Shown here: positions 1 through 11,624 of the stretch, one piece after another
How the letters are laid out: each line of letters starts with the position of its first letter
Numbering within the stretch: position 1 is the stretch's first letter
Assembly (NCBI GenBank): GCA_010015805.1
Contig: ML978135.1
Coordinates: forward strand, 372,001-436,000
From: Rhizodiscina lignyota
Taxonomy: Eukaryota
Direction of reading: 5' to 3'
DNA: 64,000 nucleotides
The notes under the pieces: model-generated
Seen by the model: only the letters and a program-made list of their open reading frames with translations
What the model was told of the DNA's origin: nothing
Databases searched by the model: none
Translations under genes and position numbers: made by a program

Positions 1-359
1 AGCTCAGGATCTGGTACTCTCTGTGCTGGTCGTTCTTGCGGAGCTGGCTGAGCCTTCGGTGCTACCGGCTCAGGCTCCGGAACTGCCGCAGGTGCCGGAG
101 CTTCAACCGCATGTTCTGCTGGCCTCGGTCTTGACCTCGTTGGGCGAGGTGGAGGAGCTGGTTCGAACTTCTCGACGAAGTTCTTTGGGAACAGCCCAGA
201 TTTGGAATCTCCAGAGACATCAGTGTATTCACCCACATACCAGTCTGCATCTTCCTCCTCAGTCACAGTGATAATCTGGCCCTCTGGGAAGCTCAAATCG
301 TCCTCATGAGGAGAGTTGTACTCGTAGATTGCCTTGACTTTGAATGGCGGAGCAGCCAT
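1..359 (-). CDS. SH3-domain, proline-rich protein (BBC1/MTI1-like), 5' part; runs off the window edge
   Basis: Absent from the ORF track. Manual translation from ATG at 359 gives MAAPPFKVKAIYEYNSPHEDDLSFPEGQIITVTEEEDADWYVGEY...GLFPKNFVEK, a complete N-terminal SH3 domain, followed by Pro/Ala/Glu-rich sequence open to base 1. Confidence 0.85.
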   Translation of the reverse strand, partial: MAAPPFKVKAIYEYNSPHEDDLSFPEGQIITVTEEEDADWYVGEYTDVSGDSKSGLFPKNFVEKFEPAPPPRPTRSRPRPAEHAVEAPAPAAVPEPEPVAPKAQPAPQERPAQRVPDPE

Positions 360-1096
360 GCTGGTCGGGAGTTGGCACGCCGCGGCTGCCACAAGCTCAG
401 TTCTCAAGCTCCAAGAGCGTGAAGGCGCGTCGATTGATGTCCGATTTTGCGTTCAGCAACGCGAGGAGCTCGAGAGCTTGCAGGATGGAATTAGTCGCGC
501 ACTTCCGGAGAATTGAAGACGAAGGGTGCGCTGGCGGGGCAGTCTGCATACGTCAGCCATTCTGGTGATTTGCGACGGAGGTGGCTGAGTTAAGTGGGTG
601 CATACCGAGCGCTTCCGCCGTGTACAGTTGTAGGGAGTAATCGTGACGCTGTGCTGAGTGTGCAGCGCAAGGTCATGCGAACTGGCATCAATTGGGTGCC
701 TGGTGCAAGTGGCGGAGGGCGGGCATGGCTTGAATCGTGGGCATTTTCGCGGTGCCAAGCCCGACCGCTGGAGCTTCCTAACTGAACGTCTGCTTGGGTT
801 GCCAGCGATCAGCCTCAAACATGTAACACCATTTGCATGCCCAGGGTCTGGCAGCTTCTCCCCACACTGCCAGGTAGCAGCGAAGGCCCCTCCAGTAATC
901 GTTCCATTTCCAGCAGAGCCTCATGAAACGCTAGATTCGAAACACCGCCAAACAATAAGTTCGTCTGGTACAGAAGTCCCATCGCCACGGTCGTCTTTAC
1001 AGTGCGGCATGGAATGAGATAGCCGCGAAATTCTCTTTGATCTTGTTTAAGGCATCCTTGAATCCTTTGTTTCACGTCTACTTGATCTCAGGAGCC

Positions 1097-1939
1097 ATGG
1101 GCCCGAAGTCCATCCTGAAAACTACAAAGCAGCCCTCAGACGAGGAGGCACAAACCAAAGAGGAGCGGAATAGAGAAATAGCTGTGCACCATGCTAGCCT
1201 GATCCAACAGCAGAAGGATGTCGAGAATCAGATATTCGAATCTTTGCTACGGCTGATAGACCTGCCCTCTAATGCAGATTCCGATCCAGCCCATCCCTCG
1301 TCTGACGATGTGGCAACTCTGAAGAACGACCTCAATCTATTCCAGCAAAGCGACTTTGACGCGCTCGTCGAAGAGAGGCATGCTAACGGGACATGCGGAT
1401 ACGCCCTATGCCCCAGGCCTCATCAGAAGGAATCCTCGACAGGGAAGTTCCGCATCATCAAGAAGCACAGCGCAAGCGAGATGAAAATTGTTCCGCGCGA
1501 GAGCCTTGAGAACTGGTGTTCAGATGCCTGCGGCAGTCGAGCAATGTATCTCAAAGTCCAACTATCTGACGAGCCTGCCTGGCTCCGTTCGACTGGTCCA
1601 GTAGATCTCACGCTCTTTAACGAGGACGAGGGAACGGCAAAAATGCAATCTCTCCCTCTGCGCCTAAAACCGGACCATGCCGATGAAATGAGCAGCAAGT
1701 TACAGCAAGGCATGACGGAACTTCGCCTTGAACGAGGGGACACCCAGACCTCCTCTCGGCCAGGGAATGTGCTCAGCTCTACCATCTTCGAGAAAGACAA
1801 AATCAGGCCACCGATTGAGCCGGAAGCGAATGCATCAAATGCACATGATCTTGTTGAAGGATTTCGGCCCAAATCAAAATTGAGGAACACTCAGAACGCG
1901 GACTCTGACGAGGAAGGTGACCATGACTGGGGAATATGA
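1097..1939 (+). CDS. RTR1: Rtr1/RPAP2-family RNA polymerase II CTD phosphatase
   Basis: Intronless ORF from MGPKSILK. It has the FDALVEER motif, zinc-ligand motifs CGYALC and WCSDAC, and the QLSDEPAWLR segment typical of Rtr1/RPAP2. Confidence 0.85.
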   Translation: MGPKSILKTTKQPSDEEAQTKEERNREIAVHHASLIQQQKDVENQIFESLLRLIDLPSNADSDPAHPSSDDVATLKNDLNLFQQSDFDALVEERHANGTCGYALCPRPHQKESSTGKFRIIKKHSASEMKIVPRESLENWCSDACGSRAMYLKVQLSDEPAWLRSTGPVDLTLFNEDEGTAKMQSLPLRLKPDHADEMSSKLQQGMTELRLERGDTQTSSRPGNVLSSTIFEKDKIRPPIEPEANASNAHDLVEGFRPKSKLRNTQNADSDEEGDHDWGI

Positions 1940-2219
1940 GAGCAGATGATTCTAGTTATCTATACTTGATACCGGATCAGATGATTATACCCCTGTCTAA
2001 CTCTGAATTTTGAAGATACATTGCCAAGATCGAGAACCCAAACCGGTACTTTTGTTGCCTCTCACCAAATATAAAGAGTCCAAACTGGTATCTCCGTTAC
2101 CAACTGGAGACCTTCCGACACTACATCCTCATGGCCCTCGGCGCCGGACTTGAAGGCAGTGTCTATTGTTTCTTTCACCTTGGCCTGATCCACCTCCATC
2201 TTCGCCTTCTTCGCCTTCG

Positions 2220-2743
2220 CCTTCTCCACATGCGGTCGGCCCGACGCCAATCTACTATGACTATCTCGATAGCGGCCGCACGGTAGATCCAGATATGATC
2301 AAACCGAATGGTACCCTTGTGTTTGGGCATCAGTATGTCCTGAATACCCCGTGCCGTTGTACGAATTAGGCTACGGACTCTCATATACCACTTTCGATTA
2401 CTCCAACGTCACTCTGTCAAAGTCAAAGGCAGGCCAAGGAGACACCGTGACAGCGTCGATCAGGGTGACGAATAACGGCACAGTAGCCGGCCAGGAGGTG
2501 GTCCAGCTTTATGCGCAGGATGTGATCTCGAGCGTTGCTGTTCCGAACAAGCAGCTCAAGGGCTTCAAGAAGATAATGATCAAGGCAGGAGAAACAGCTG
2601 ATGTAAGCATCGACGTGAAAGTTGCTGACTTGAGACTGTGGAACATTAAGATGCAGTACGCCGTAGAGCCTGGGGAGTTCAATTTTTGGATGGGAAAAAG
2701 TAGCAAGGACCTGAGAGGTGTCGCCACATTGACTGTATTGTAG
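2220..2743 (+). pseudogene. 3'-only fragment of a GH3 beta-glucosidase (C-terminal plus Fn3-like domain)
   Basis: PHAVGPTPIYYDYLDSGR...FGHQYVLNTP, then a frameshift near 2350 into PLYELGYGLSYTTFDYS...NNGTVAGQEVVQLY...KQLKGFKKI...VEPGEF. The catalytic N-terminal region is absent and there is no room for it after RTR1. Confidence 0.85.
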
Positions 2744-2805
2744 AGCAGTTTCATGTACGGAGCCTATTGGGACCCTTTTAAAGGTGGCATATAATGGACA
2801 ATCCA

Positions 2806-4182
2806 TCATATTCTGAACGCTGAACCTGTTGTCAACTTGCTAATTCGATCGCATTCGTCTTCATCCAATTCACTCTCCCATTCTCCCTCCCCGCATCTGA
2901 ATCCTCGTCGGTACCACTCTTCGTATGCGTCCAGGTTTACAGTGTGGTACGGAATATCCAAGTCCCGTGCGACCCTGTCATTCCAGGCCATGAGAGTCAT
3001 GCATGAAATTAGATTCTTGTTCTTCAAGCCCATGATGCGTCTCTTCTTGTCATCTTGGGTCTGCTCCTCTTCCAGCATGTCAAAGTAGTCTTGGCCCTTT
3101 TTGCGGCGCGGCGGCCGAGTGGAGCCCGCGAGAGCTTTGTAGTTTATCTGATAGCCAAGCTCGTCATAGCTGGGCGGCCCTTTGGGTCCTCGACGAAGAA
3201 CCTCATTATCGCGGCGGAGACTCGCTTTTATGTTGAGAGGTTTAACTTTGGTGCCAGGTTGACTGATGGCACGTTCCTTATCAGTCTTTTTGGTCTTGGG
3301 AGGCTTCCACCCTGTCTGGGTACAAATCTGTGCCAAATACGGATCGTCTGAAGGCTTCTCACACTGTTCCTGGGGCTTGTGGTCGTTCGAGATTTTAAGT
3401 CGTTTAAGGGTCTCCTTATCCTTATCCTCACCGCGACCACGCTTTCTGCTTTCGCTCTTCTCGCTGTCCTCAGAGCTTTCCGAGTCTCCAAGGAGGACAC
3501 TCAAGTCGATCTTCTCCTTACCCAACACATAAGCCGCCATCTCCAATTCTATAGCCTTCATTTGTTTCCCGTCTCTCTTCAACTGCTCCAAGAGCACTCC
3601 CACTTGTTTGACCAAACTCTTGTATTCTTTCATTGTGTATCCAATCTTTCTCTCCCACTCCTTTCCCTTCGGCGTGCTTTTGATCCCATCGCCGGTTCCG
3701 TGCCAATGTAGCGCTCTGAACAACTCGTCCGAGAAGAATGGGATAATATCAGGATTCCATTCGGACAGAAGTAGGGAGGCGGTAGCGGGACCAACACCCT
3801 TCAATTCTGACACTGTCTTCATCGCCTTCTCGATGGCAGCCAATGCACCTTCGTCTATTTGTGGAGGACAGCTTGTCTTCATTGTCATAATTTTCGACAG
3901 ACCAGCAAACGCATCTTTCGTCGCGCTCCGCACGGTCTCCGGCTCATTCGAAGCAGCGAGTTTGGCTAAGTTTGGTCTGAATTTCCCGTGTTTGAGCTTC
4001 CATTCGACCAACGACTCTAACTCGACCTTCTCGAGCCAGCCATGTGGTTTGCGTTTGTCTGATCTGATAGCTTCCGGTATCGCCGAAAGTCGAAGGTCGT
4101 CGAGGAGCCCGAAGGATTCAGGGAGATGAGAAGGGTAACGCGACAGGGCGGATTCGAGCGTCTCGATGAGAAGTGACGGCAT
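2806..4182 (-). CDS. Hypothetical protein: N-terminal HhH/DNA-glycosylase-like domain plus a second, uncharacterised C-terminal domain
   Basis: Intronless ORF of about 458 aa from MPSLL. LVEWKLKHGKFRPNL and the helix-hairpin-helix-like ELKGVGPATAS are followed by an acidic/basic linker with NLS-like RKRGR. Confidence 0.7.
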   Translation of the reverse strand: MPSLLIETLESALSRYPSHLPESFGLLDDLRLSAIPEAIRSDKRKPHGWLEKVELESLVEWKLKHGKFRPNLAKLAASNEPETVRSATKDAFAGLSKIMTMKTSCPPQIDEGALAAIEKAMKTVSELKGVGPATASLLLSEWNPDIIPFFSDELFRALHWHGTGDGIKSTPKGKEWERKIGYTMKEYKSLVKQVGVLLEQLKRDGKQMKAIELEMAAYVLGKEKIDLSVLLGDSESSEDSEKSESRKRGRGEDKDKETLKRLKISNDHKPQEQCEKPSDDPYLAQICTQTGWKPPKTKKTDKERAISQPGTKVKPLNIKASLRRDNEVLRRGPKGPPSYDELGYQINYKALAGSTRPPRRKKGQDYFDMLEEEQTQDDKKRRIMGLKNKNLISCMTLMAWNDRVARDLDIPYHTVNLDAYEEWYRRGFRCGEGEWESELDEDECDRISKLTTGSAFRI

Positions 4183-4478
4183 TGCCCTCACTGTAATATG
4201 TTGATAGAGCGTAAAACGGCGTCAGAGGATCTGGCTGAGGATGACAACATCAATGACGTTGAAGACAGAGTAGCTCCGATACTTAGTTTAAGACGCGTGC
4301 TGGATCGCGAATTACGGGTCTACTGATAAGCTGACACGCGCTTTCACGTGATGCCACAAAGTATGGATGCTACAATCTTTTTCGATGAAACGTTGGTGTA
4401 TTTATCACAAACGTTTATAGAGTGTCTATCGATTATTAGACTGTATATATCTAAAATCGTATATAAAATTCCTTCCGG

Positions 4479-5144
4479 TCACACGTCGTTCCTAGTGATT
4501 TTCCATTCACCCTTCAGCCTCTCCATTCCGTCCACGCCCCCATCCTCCTTGGCAACTAATACAGTAATCTCTTGACCGGTCAGATCGACAACTACTGCTT
4601 TATCACCAACCTTGGCATAATACAGTTTGATCTCTCTAGTGCTGGTCCAATCGTACTCAAATCATTCTCCATCTTTACCTTCCTCGCTCCCCAAAACTAG
4701 CATAGTGCCCTCCCTCGCGTACAGTGGCAAGGTACCAAAACTATGCTTCTCCTTTCTCCAACGCGATCCTTCAGCGATACTGCCAACCCACCAGCTTGTC
4801 CATTTACCCTCAGGTAGGTAGAACTCCACATCACCCGCTTCAGTGAATACTGGTGCAACGAGCAAGCTCGTGCCAACCATGAATTGCAGGTCAAGATACC
4901 ATGCGGTCAGATCGTCGGGAAATTCGAGAGCCATCGCTCTCAGACTAAGAGGCTCGCCCATCTTCGCGCTTTCAATGCCTTGCTCATAGAGGTATGGCAT
5001 CAATCGTCTCTTCAGCCGGACAAATCTCCTTAACACACCGGTAGCACTGTCATCGCCAGGAGCATCTGCGTCGATCAACCACGGAACACGATATGACCCA
5101 CTACCACGTAATCGCGAGTAGAAGCAGAGCAGCCGTAATGCCAA
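4479..5144 (-). pseudogene. 3'-only fragment of a GH31 alpha-xylosidase (YicI-like)
   Basis: SRLRGSGSYRVPW (conserved His of SRLHGS replaced), LKRRLMPYLY, LRAMALEFPDD, QFMVGTSLLVAPVF and FYLPEGKW are present. An in-frame TGA lies at 4662-4664, after which the frame continues FEYDWTSTREIKLY...NDV* to 4479. There is no ATG and no catalytic 5' part. Confidence 0.85.
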
Positions 5145-6810
5145 TCATTCTCCTCTCAGTCTCCAAACAAGAATAGCTGCTATTGTGTAAATTATCTTGT
5201 TCACGTCAGTCGCGCACCCTAACAATGAAGTGCCAGGACTTACCGCTGAGGCAAAGTACGGCAAGCCCAAGGCAGCGCCTCCGACAGATATAGCCTTTGT
5301 CCAAATGGCCGTCATAGCTGGGACACCGAGCAACATGCCAAAAGTCCTTGACAGCACCGCAAGGCTGTAGTCTTGGGCACTACCGGTGCTATGTATCGTA
5401 ATCATTTGAGGGTCTTTGACGAGCAGATTTGTGAAGATCGGCAAGGCAGACCCCAAGGCATATATTACGAGACCTGGATAATTGTTAGTGCATCTTGGTT
5501 TTCAAGTGACGGAGCTCTCACCAGTGATGAGAGTTGCCATATTGATTGCCCCAGCAATGCAAAGTACGCCAGCGATTGAGATCACGATGCAGATTTCAGC
5601 AGCACCAACGTTGATAGACCGAGTAGACAGGTGAAATTTTCTAGAGGCCAGATTCACAAAGCCAGGTATAATCACTGTAAGTAGTATCACATTAACGGCT
5701 GCCTTGGCAGACAGGAGGTATCCAGCTTGTGCGAAAGTCCAGCCGTAGCGTTTGGAGATGTAGAGCACTAGTATTGGAGTATTCGAACTTGCTAGCGACG
5801 CAAGGAAGAAGATCCCCATGAGAAGTTGAAACTTCCTTCGTTCGAAGATTGAGGTACAGAGACTCGAGAGATGCTTGAATATCTCTTCGAAGAAAGCCGG
5901 GCGTATTCTGTTGTCTTCTTTCGCGGTTGGTGAAGGATTCTCAGGGCTGAATTCCTCCTCAAGATATGAAGGATCGGCAAGAAGAGCAGATTGCTCATCC
6001 ACATTTCGTGATGTGTGTGTACTGCTCTCCTCTGATGAATACTCTCTACCAGGCAGTAGAAGAGTAAGAGGCATTGCCAAGAGGAGCAAACCAAGTCCAA
6101 TTACAAAGGGCAGCCACAGATTGAGTGTCATTGTATATGCTGCCAATGCCGGTGCTACAAGTGTGGAGACGTACTGAACCGAGCCCGTATAAGCGAACAG
6201 CGTCGCCCTTGTTACTTCGTCCGCCGCCAGATCAGTGGCCGTCGCTGTCGCCGTGGATATGAAAACGCAATCGCCGCCGCCGATGAGAGTGAAGAGGGTA
6301 GCCGCAAGCATCACAGATACTGGAAACACATCTCTGAAGAAGCCGACTAATGCGATGGCCGTCCACATTAGAAACATGCTAATAGTGCTTAGAAGTAAGA
6401 CAGGCCGCCTGCCACGCCGATCCGAAAGAAGAGCTAGAGGCAGGGTAACAAGGATATCTGTGCAATCAGTATTTGTTCAGCAATTTTAATTTTCAATATT
6501 AAATCTTACCACACAGGACATGTAGAGTCTCAATGCTGCCTTGGAGCCATGCCAGCTGCTGTTGTACGGAGTTGAGTTTGCAGAGCTCCTCCGGAACAGT
6601 GCCATCATGTGATATAACAGATGGGTCATGCTCTCTGTAGTACTCCCGGCAGTATCTTGACTCAATCACACGACTCAGCGGTAAAGTCATTACTCTGAGC
6701 GCCATGGTCTGGCAAGCTATGACAGCAATGAGAGCGCACACCTTGACGCGCGGGGTCTTTCTGCCTGAAAACCTCTGGCCATCGTCGATGCTGTCACTCG
6801 ACAGAGACAT
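5145..6810 (-). CDS. MFS transporter (UstT/SLC46-like efflux family), multi-exon
   Basis: ESRYCREYY...EELCKLNSVQQQLAWL loop and motif A-like LSDRRGRRP, with many TM segments across ORFs 6499-6867, 5502-6377 and 5145-5456 joined by GT-AG introns (about 6460-6508, 5474-5522 and a probable third near 5195-5243). The start ATG is uncertain. Confidence 0.8.
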
Positions 6811-7382
6811 GGCCCTTTCTATTGTCCCTTTCTCATGGACGTATGAGAGATTCGATGAGGGAGACAACCGGCACGCCCGAACGGTTGAGGGAGATAGCTC
6901 AAAGTTGTCAGCTCATGGTCCTTTTAAAGATAGTATCTCAACGCTAAAGCCTTCTGGAGGAGTATAATCCAGAACGGTAATTTAAGGATCAAGTGTAAGA
7001 AGGAAAGACGCGGCCGGTAAGGAGAAACGTGAGCAGTAGGGCTCCAGGATAACATGAAGGACATGGAATCAGTCATTGATTAATAAGCCGTCCACTCCTT
7101 ATCTTGCCTATTTAGGGAAAGTGTGTGATTAACGACAAAATATCCTCGACTCTTTCTTTTTTATGTTGGATTATTTTCTGCCTACCGGCAGAATAGTTCT
7201 TTTAACGATCAGCTCGTTCATAAACATTGCAAACAATAAGTAACAATAAGGTCATAGCATTCATTCAGAGCGGACTACGGAGTCACAAAACTAGATTGTA
7301 CTGCTACCAGATACTCCAACAAGTTTCGCAGTTGTCAACTCATTCTGAAATACTTCGCCCATTCTTGCTTTCATTGAGGGTC

Positions 7383-8200
7383 CTATGCTACAGCGACAGT
7401 CGAACCCATGCCGTTGAACGTTGGCGCAGGTGGAGGTGATCCAGTGCCTGGGGTTGGAAGCGTGCATGTTCTCCAGGCGAAGCGCATCGCCATGATCTGC
7501 GTGGACTTGATAGTGGCATCAATGTCTCCCATCTCGCCCGTTAGCGTATCATTGGCAGCAGTCATGGCCATGCGGTTATTGATGTTGAGTGTTCCCTCGG
7601 CCCCACATGGGGACCAGACTATGGACGGATTGTCGGCTGTGTCAACCTTTGTAAACGTGGTACCGAATGGAGGTGTCGGCCCATTGAAAGTTGCAATGGT
7701 GTCGAACTGTGAGAAGTTGTGAGGTCATGCAAGCTTAGAAGTGCAAAATGAGAGTGTCAGGTTAAACATACCGATCTGGCAGCGTTCTGAGAGAAGAAAT
7801 AAGTTGAGATGAAGGCCCCTGAGACGCCGTCATCCAATCTAGCGTAGATGTGGTATGTCGCATCTATGATGGAGTATTGGTACCCGCCTGGGTACAGCAT
7901 GTCTAAGCGCATGCTGCAATACTGGCTCCGGATAGCTTGCGTGGAAGCATCTGGTCCAATTGCAGTCCTGAAACTGTCGAATCCAAAAGTAACCCAGTCT
8001 GAAGTTTGCGAAATTGTAGTGTCGACCGTACCCTGAGGGCATCCGGAGCCAGATGTGCTTGCACCACGGATGATCACAGAGCCCGGCGGGGGTCCAAAAT
8101 CAGAGTTTTGGCTCGGATCGCCCTGAGTCTGACGGCTAAATAAGGGGGTTGAAGTAACGAGAGCCGGAATGGCAATGAGAAGAGCAGTATAGATCTTCAT
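7383..8200 (-). CDS. Secreted DUF4360-family protein, two exons
   Basis: Signal peptide MKIYTALLIAIPALVTS, followed by GSGCPQGT, TFGFDSF and YPGGYQYSI. An intron at about 7707-7771 joins to an exon with VWSPCGAEGTLNINNR...AWRTC. Confidence 0.85.
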
Positions 8201-9078
8201 GATGGTAGTCTTGTTATATCAGAAGTTGAGATTGTGAAGTTGATATGGCAGATGAGATCAGAGCGTGAGCTTACTGAGATGGGACTGATCATTATGACCG
8301 GCTGAAGAGCACTTCTTATAGACAAACTGACATACCAACAGACCACCAGCATTCATCGAACGCCCGACATCAACCTCGAAGTCAGATGTCTCAGGCAATA
8401 GAGCGTTCATTGCATCCAGACCTTCTTGGCAAGCAATAGAGTATTATACACTCTGCTTCCACTCCAAGAGGAATACTCGATAGACGTTGTCTAGGCTCTC
8501 TTGCACTTGGCGAAGGGATCGCAGGCACTAAGCCTCCTACATCATGCTGTAAAGAATGAAGGCGTGTGAGTGGTCCAAGGGGATTCAAACCGGGACCTTG
8601 TCACTGGAATCTCTCGATCCGGCTACTACGGGGTCGAAGTTGATGGCGAGACGCACCGTACTGTATCAAGGAGCCATCTCCCGCCGAGCATTCTATAGGC
8701 TGCTGTGCATTCCAGAATTTTCTGGGCAGATCCTTAGACTTGGCGAATGTGAGGCTCAAGTACTCAATGGGGAGAGCTAAGTCGGCACCCTCCGAACCCT
8801 GATGCACCTTTGCGCAAATCCAAGATGCGCTAGAGTCGATCTGGTACCCGTTGGAACGGTCCTACGCACGATTGGGCCCCACTGGCTTCAATTTGCCACT
8901 CTGGTGACAGTTGCGGGGGAAACAGAATGCAAGGGGCATAAGGCAAATACGAGTGACACTGCCACAATCGTTCGAGGCATAAGACTTGATGAACCCACGT
9001 GCTGGGGGACAATTGAAGCTTTCGCTTGAATCTTGATCAGCGGTGAGGCTGCTGATATTGGTATCTATATGCGGTGAG

Positions 9079-10273
9079 TTAAGCTTTAATAGTTGGAACC
9101 TTAAACCCCTCAATGAATGGATAATCCGTGTAGCCCTCGGTGCTCTTGGCTGTGTAGAAAGTGTCTCTGTTGTAGTGCGCAATGGGCAGACCATGCAATA
9201 TCCGATAGGGCAGGTCTGGGTTCGAGATGAAGAAGCGACCGAATACGATAGCAACGTCGTAATCCTTGTACTCGGTTTCGAGGGCTTTCTGTGCAGTGTC
9301 TGGCTTGTAGCCACCAGCAACGAGCAGAGGATTCGTATGACCCCACGCATCGACTGCAAACTGTAGGGTCTCGCTTGCTTCTATGTCGTAATTTCCTGCT
9401 ACACGACTTTCTACGAGATGCAGGAAGGCGGGCTTCAGCTTCGTCAACTCTTTGATCAGGTAGGTGAATTGCGGTATGGGGTCGGCCATTCTCATTCCCT
9501 GGAATGTGTTCCATGGCGCTAGCCGTACACCAACTCGATCAACTCCGATTGCCTCGATGCAGGACTTTGTCACTTCTATACAGAAGCGGGCCCGCTTCTC
9601 GACGCTCCCTCCCCATGCGTCGGTTCTTTTATTGCAGTTGTCTGCAGCAGTGTCAGCAATGTCACTCAGCCCGCAGCTGGTCATGCCTAGAATGGGCTCC
9701 AGCTCCAAAACATCGTGATGCCTCCTTACCTTGCGTAAATTGGTCAATCATGTATCCATTCGCGCCGTGGACCTCTACACCATCAAATCCGGCTTCGACA
9801 GCATTCTTCGCTGCTGAGCCAAAATCGCCGATGCACTGCCAAATCTCTTCCTCAGTCATTGGTCGCGGGACCGGTGATTCTGGTGTTAGGGGAGTTGCAC
9901 TGCTGCTTATCATCTCAAGGCCTTTCGCTGCGAGGGCATGGGCTCTAGCCGCTCGTCCAAGAGCCCATATTTGGAGCCAAATGAAAGAGCCCCTGGCATG
10001 AACCGCATCAGTGATTTGCTTCCATTCGGCTATCTGCTCTTTCGTGTAGATGCCGGGTGCGTTCGCATCTCGTCCAGAGTGGCGAAACGAGACAAATGTT
10101 GCTTCAGTGATGAGCATCGTCCCGGGTACAGATGCACGTTGAGCATAGTATTCTGTCACCATTGGCAGCGGAATATGCTCTTCATCTGAACGGAGACGCG
10201 TCAATGGTGCCATTACAATGCGGTGTTCCAATTGGCAGTTGCCGATACGAAGGGGGTCTGAAATTTTCGGCAT
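9079..10273 (-). CDS. Old Yellow Enzyme family NADH:flavin oxidoreductase
   Basis: RIVMAPLTRLR, LITEAT, VEVHGANGY (catalytic H/N/Y), NKRTDAWGGS, FGRFFISNPDL and GYTDYPF motifs. Intron 9642-9729 restores TQDNCNKRTD. Confidence 0.95.
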
Positions 10274-10766
10274 CTTGAATGACAGTCTGGGCTTGGCGCG
10301 ATTGAGGTCTATGGGAGATAACGTTAGCTCATGCTGGATCTTAAGGACTATTTGAAGCCTGCGGACACCCGCCGCGAAGTCTTCTGGCTAATCTAAAGGA
10401 GCACGGCAGTGCTGACGATGGATGGATTTACAATCACTAAGCCCGATCAGGCGGCTTTCGCTCCACCGCGGATGCTCACGCCCCGCCCCGCTCCTAAAAG
10501 TTGTCGTTGTTCACGGGTGGAATTTGGGGAAGGACGCTTAAGAAGCGCTCGCCAATGCCGAAAATATCCCAATGCCGCTCTAACGACCCAATCAGCTACG
10601 AGATTCGAAAGGATTTGAGTTTAAGTAGAGTTCTAGATTTTATCACGTGACACGAACGCCACCAATAGCTCCTGAGCCGGCCTCAGTCGAGTTCTCTAAG
10701 AGTTGAACAATATCGCTGTTGCAAGGCGATGATTGTCTCTTAGTAATCAGTTATTACATTACATGT

Positions 10767-11624
10767 TCAAAATTTGACACCTGCCAAAAAGTCAAGCATC
10801 TCGTGGGAAATGTCCTCCAGATGAGTCTCGAGCGCGAAATGCGGCCCATCCACAAACTTCACGATGGCGTTCGGAAGATCTCTCTTGTACGCTTCTGCTC
10901 CCGGCGGGATAAAGAACGGGTCATTCTTGCCCCATACCGCCAGCAGCGGCACTTGACTATTACGCATCCATTCCTGGAACTTGGGATAGAGCTCGACGTT
11001 TGTCCGATAATCGTAGAACAAGCCCAGTTGGATCTCGCCTTGCCCTGGTCTCTGAACTAGCGCCCAATCGAGGTTGTACGTCTCCGGTGGGACAGAGTCT
11101 GGATCAGGAGCACCATGGACGTACTGCCACTTGAAGAAGTCGAAGGTTGGAGCAAGAGCCTTTCCATCTTCCTCACTGCCCGACTTCCAGTACTTCTTCA
11201 CCACCTCCCAGAACTCTCCGAGCCCTTCTTCGTAGGCATTGCCGTTCTGCGTCACAATGGCCGTGATGGCGTCTGGCCGTTTGAGTGCAAGCCGGAAAGC
11301 AGTTGGCGCACCGTAATCGAAGATATACACCGCAAATCGCTTGATATTGAGGGTATCCAAGAAAGCGGCAACAGTATTGGAGAGGTTATCGAACGTATAC
11401 TTGAAGTCTTCTGGTGCTTCTGTGAATCCGAAACCTGGCAAGTCCGGAGCGATTACCCTATACTTTTGTGCAAGTATTGGCATGAGATCCCGGTACTGAA
11501 AGGATGAAGCTGGGAATCCGTGAAGTAGGAGGACGACTGGAGAGCTTGGTTGTCCAGCCTCACGGTAGAAAACCTTGACCTTGTCAACCATGACATATTT
11601 AACGTGGACACCGCCGTGAGTCAT
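10767..11624 (-). CDS. Alpha/beta-fold hydrolase (epoxide hydrolase/dehalogenase-like)
   Basis: Intronless 285-aa ORF with the LLHGFP oxyanion motif, APDLPGFG, FDYGAP (Asp nucleophile), WGKNDPFF and HFALE (catalytic His). Confidence 0.9.
   Translation of the reverse strand: MTHGGVHVKYVMVDKVKVFYREAGQPSSPVVLLLHGFPASSFQYRDLMPILAQKYRVIAPDLPGFGFTEAPEDFKYTFDNLSNTVAAFLDTLNIKRFAVYIFDYGAPTAFRLALKRPDAITAIVTQNGNAYEEGLGEFWEVVKKYWKSGSEEDGKALAPTFDFFKWQYVHGAPDPDSVPPETYNLDWALVQRPGQGEIQLGLFYDYRTNVELYPKFQEWMRNSQVPLLAVWGKNDPFFIPPGAEAYKRDLPNAIVKFVDGPHFALETHLEDISHEMLDFLAGVKF

Noticed and set aside
5145..8200. Ustiloxin-type RiPP cluster suggested by the UstT-like transporter
   Set aside because: No KR-delimited repeat precursor and no DUF3328 (HxxHC) gene occurs in the window.
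8391..9050. Possible gene relic between DUF4360 and OYE
   Set aside because: Short frames with frequent stops and no assignable family.
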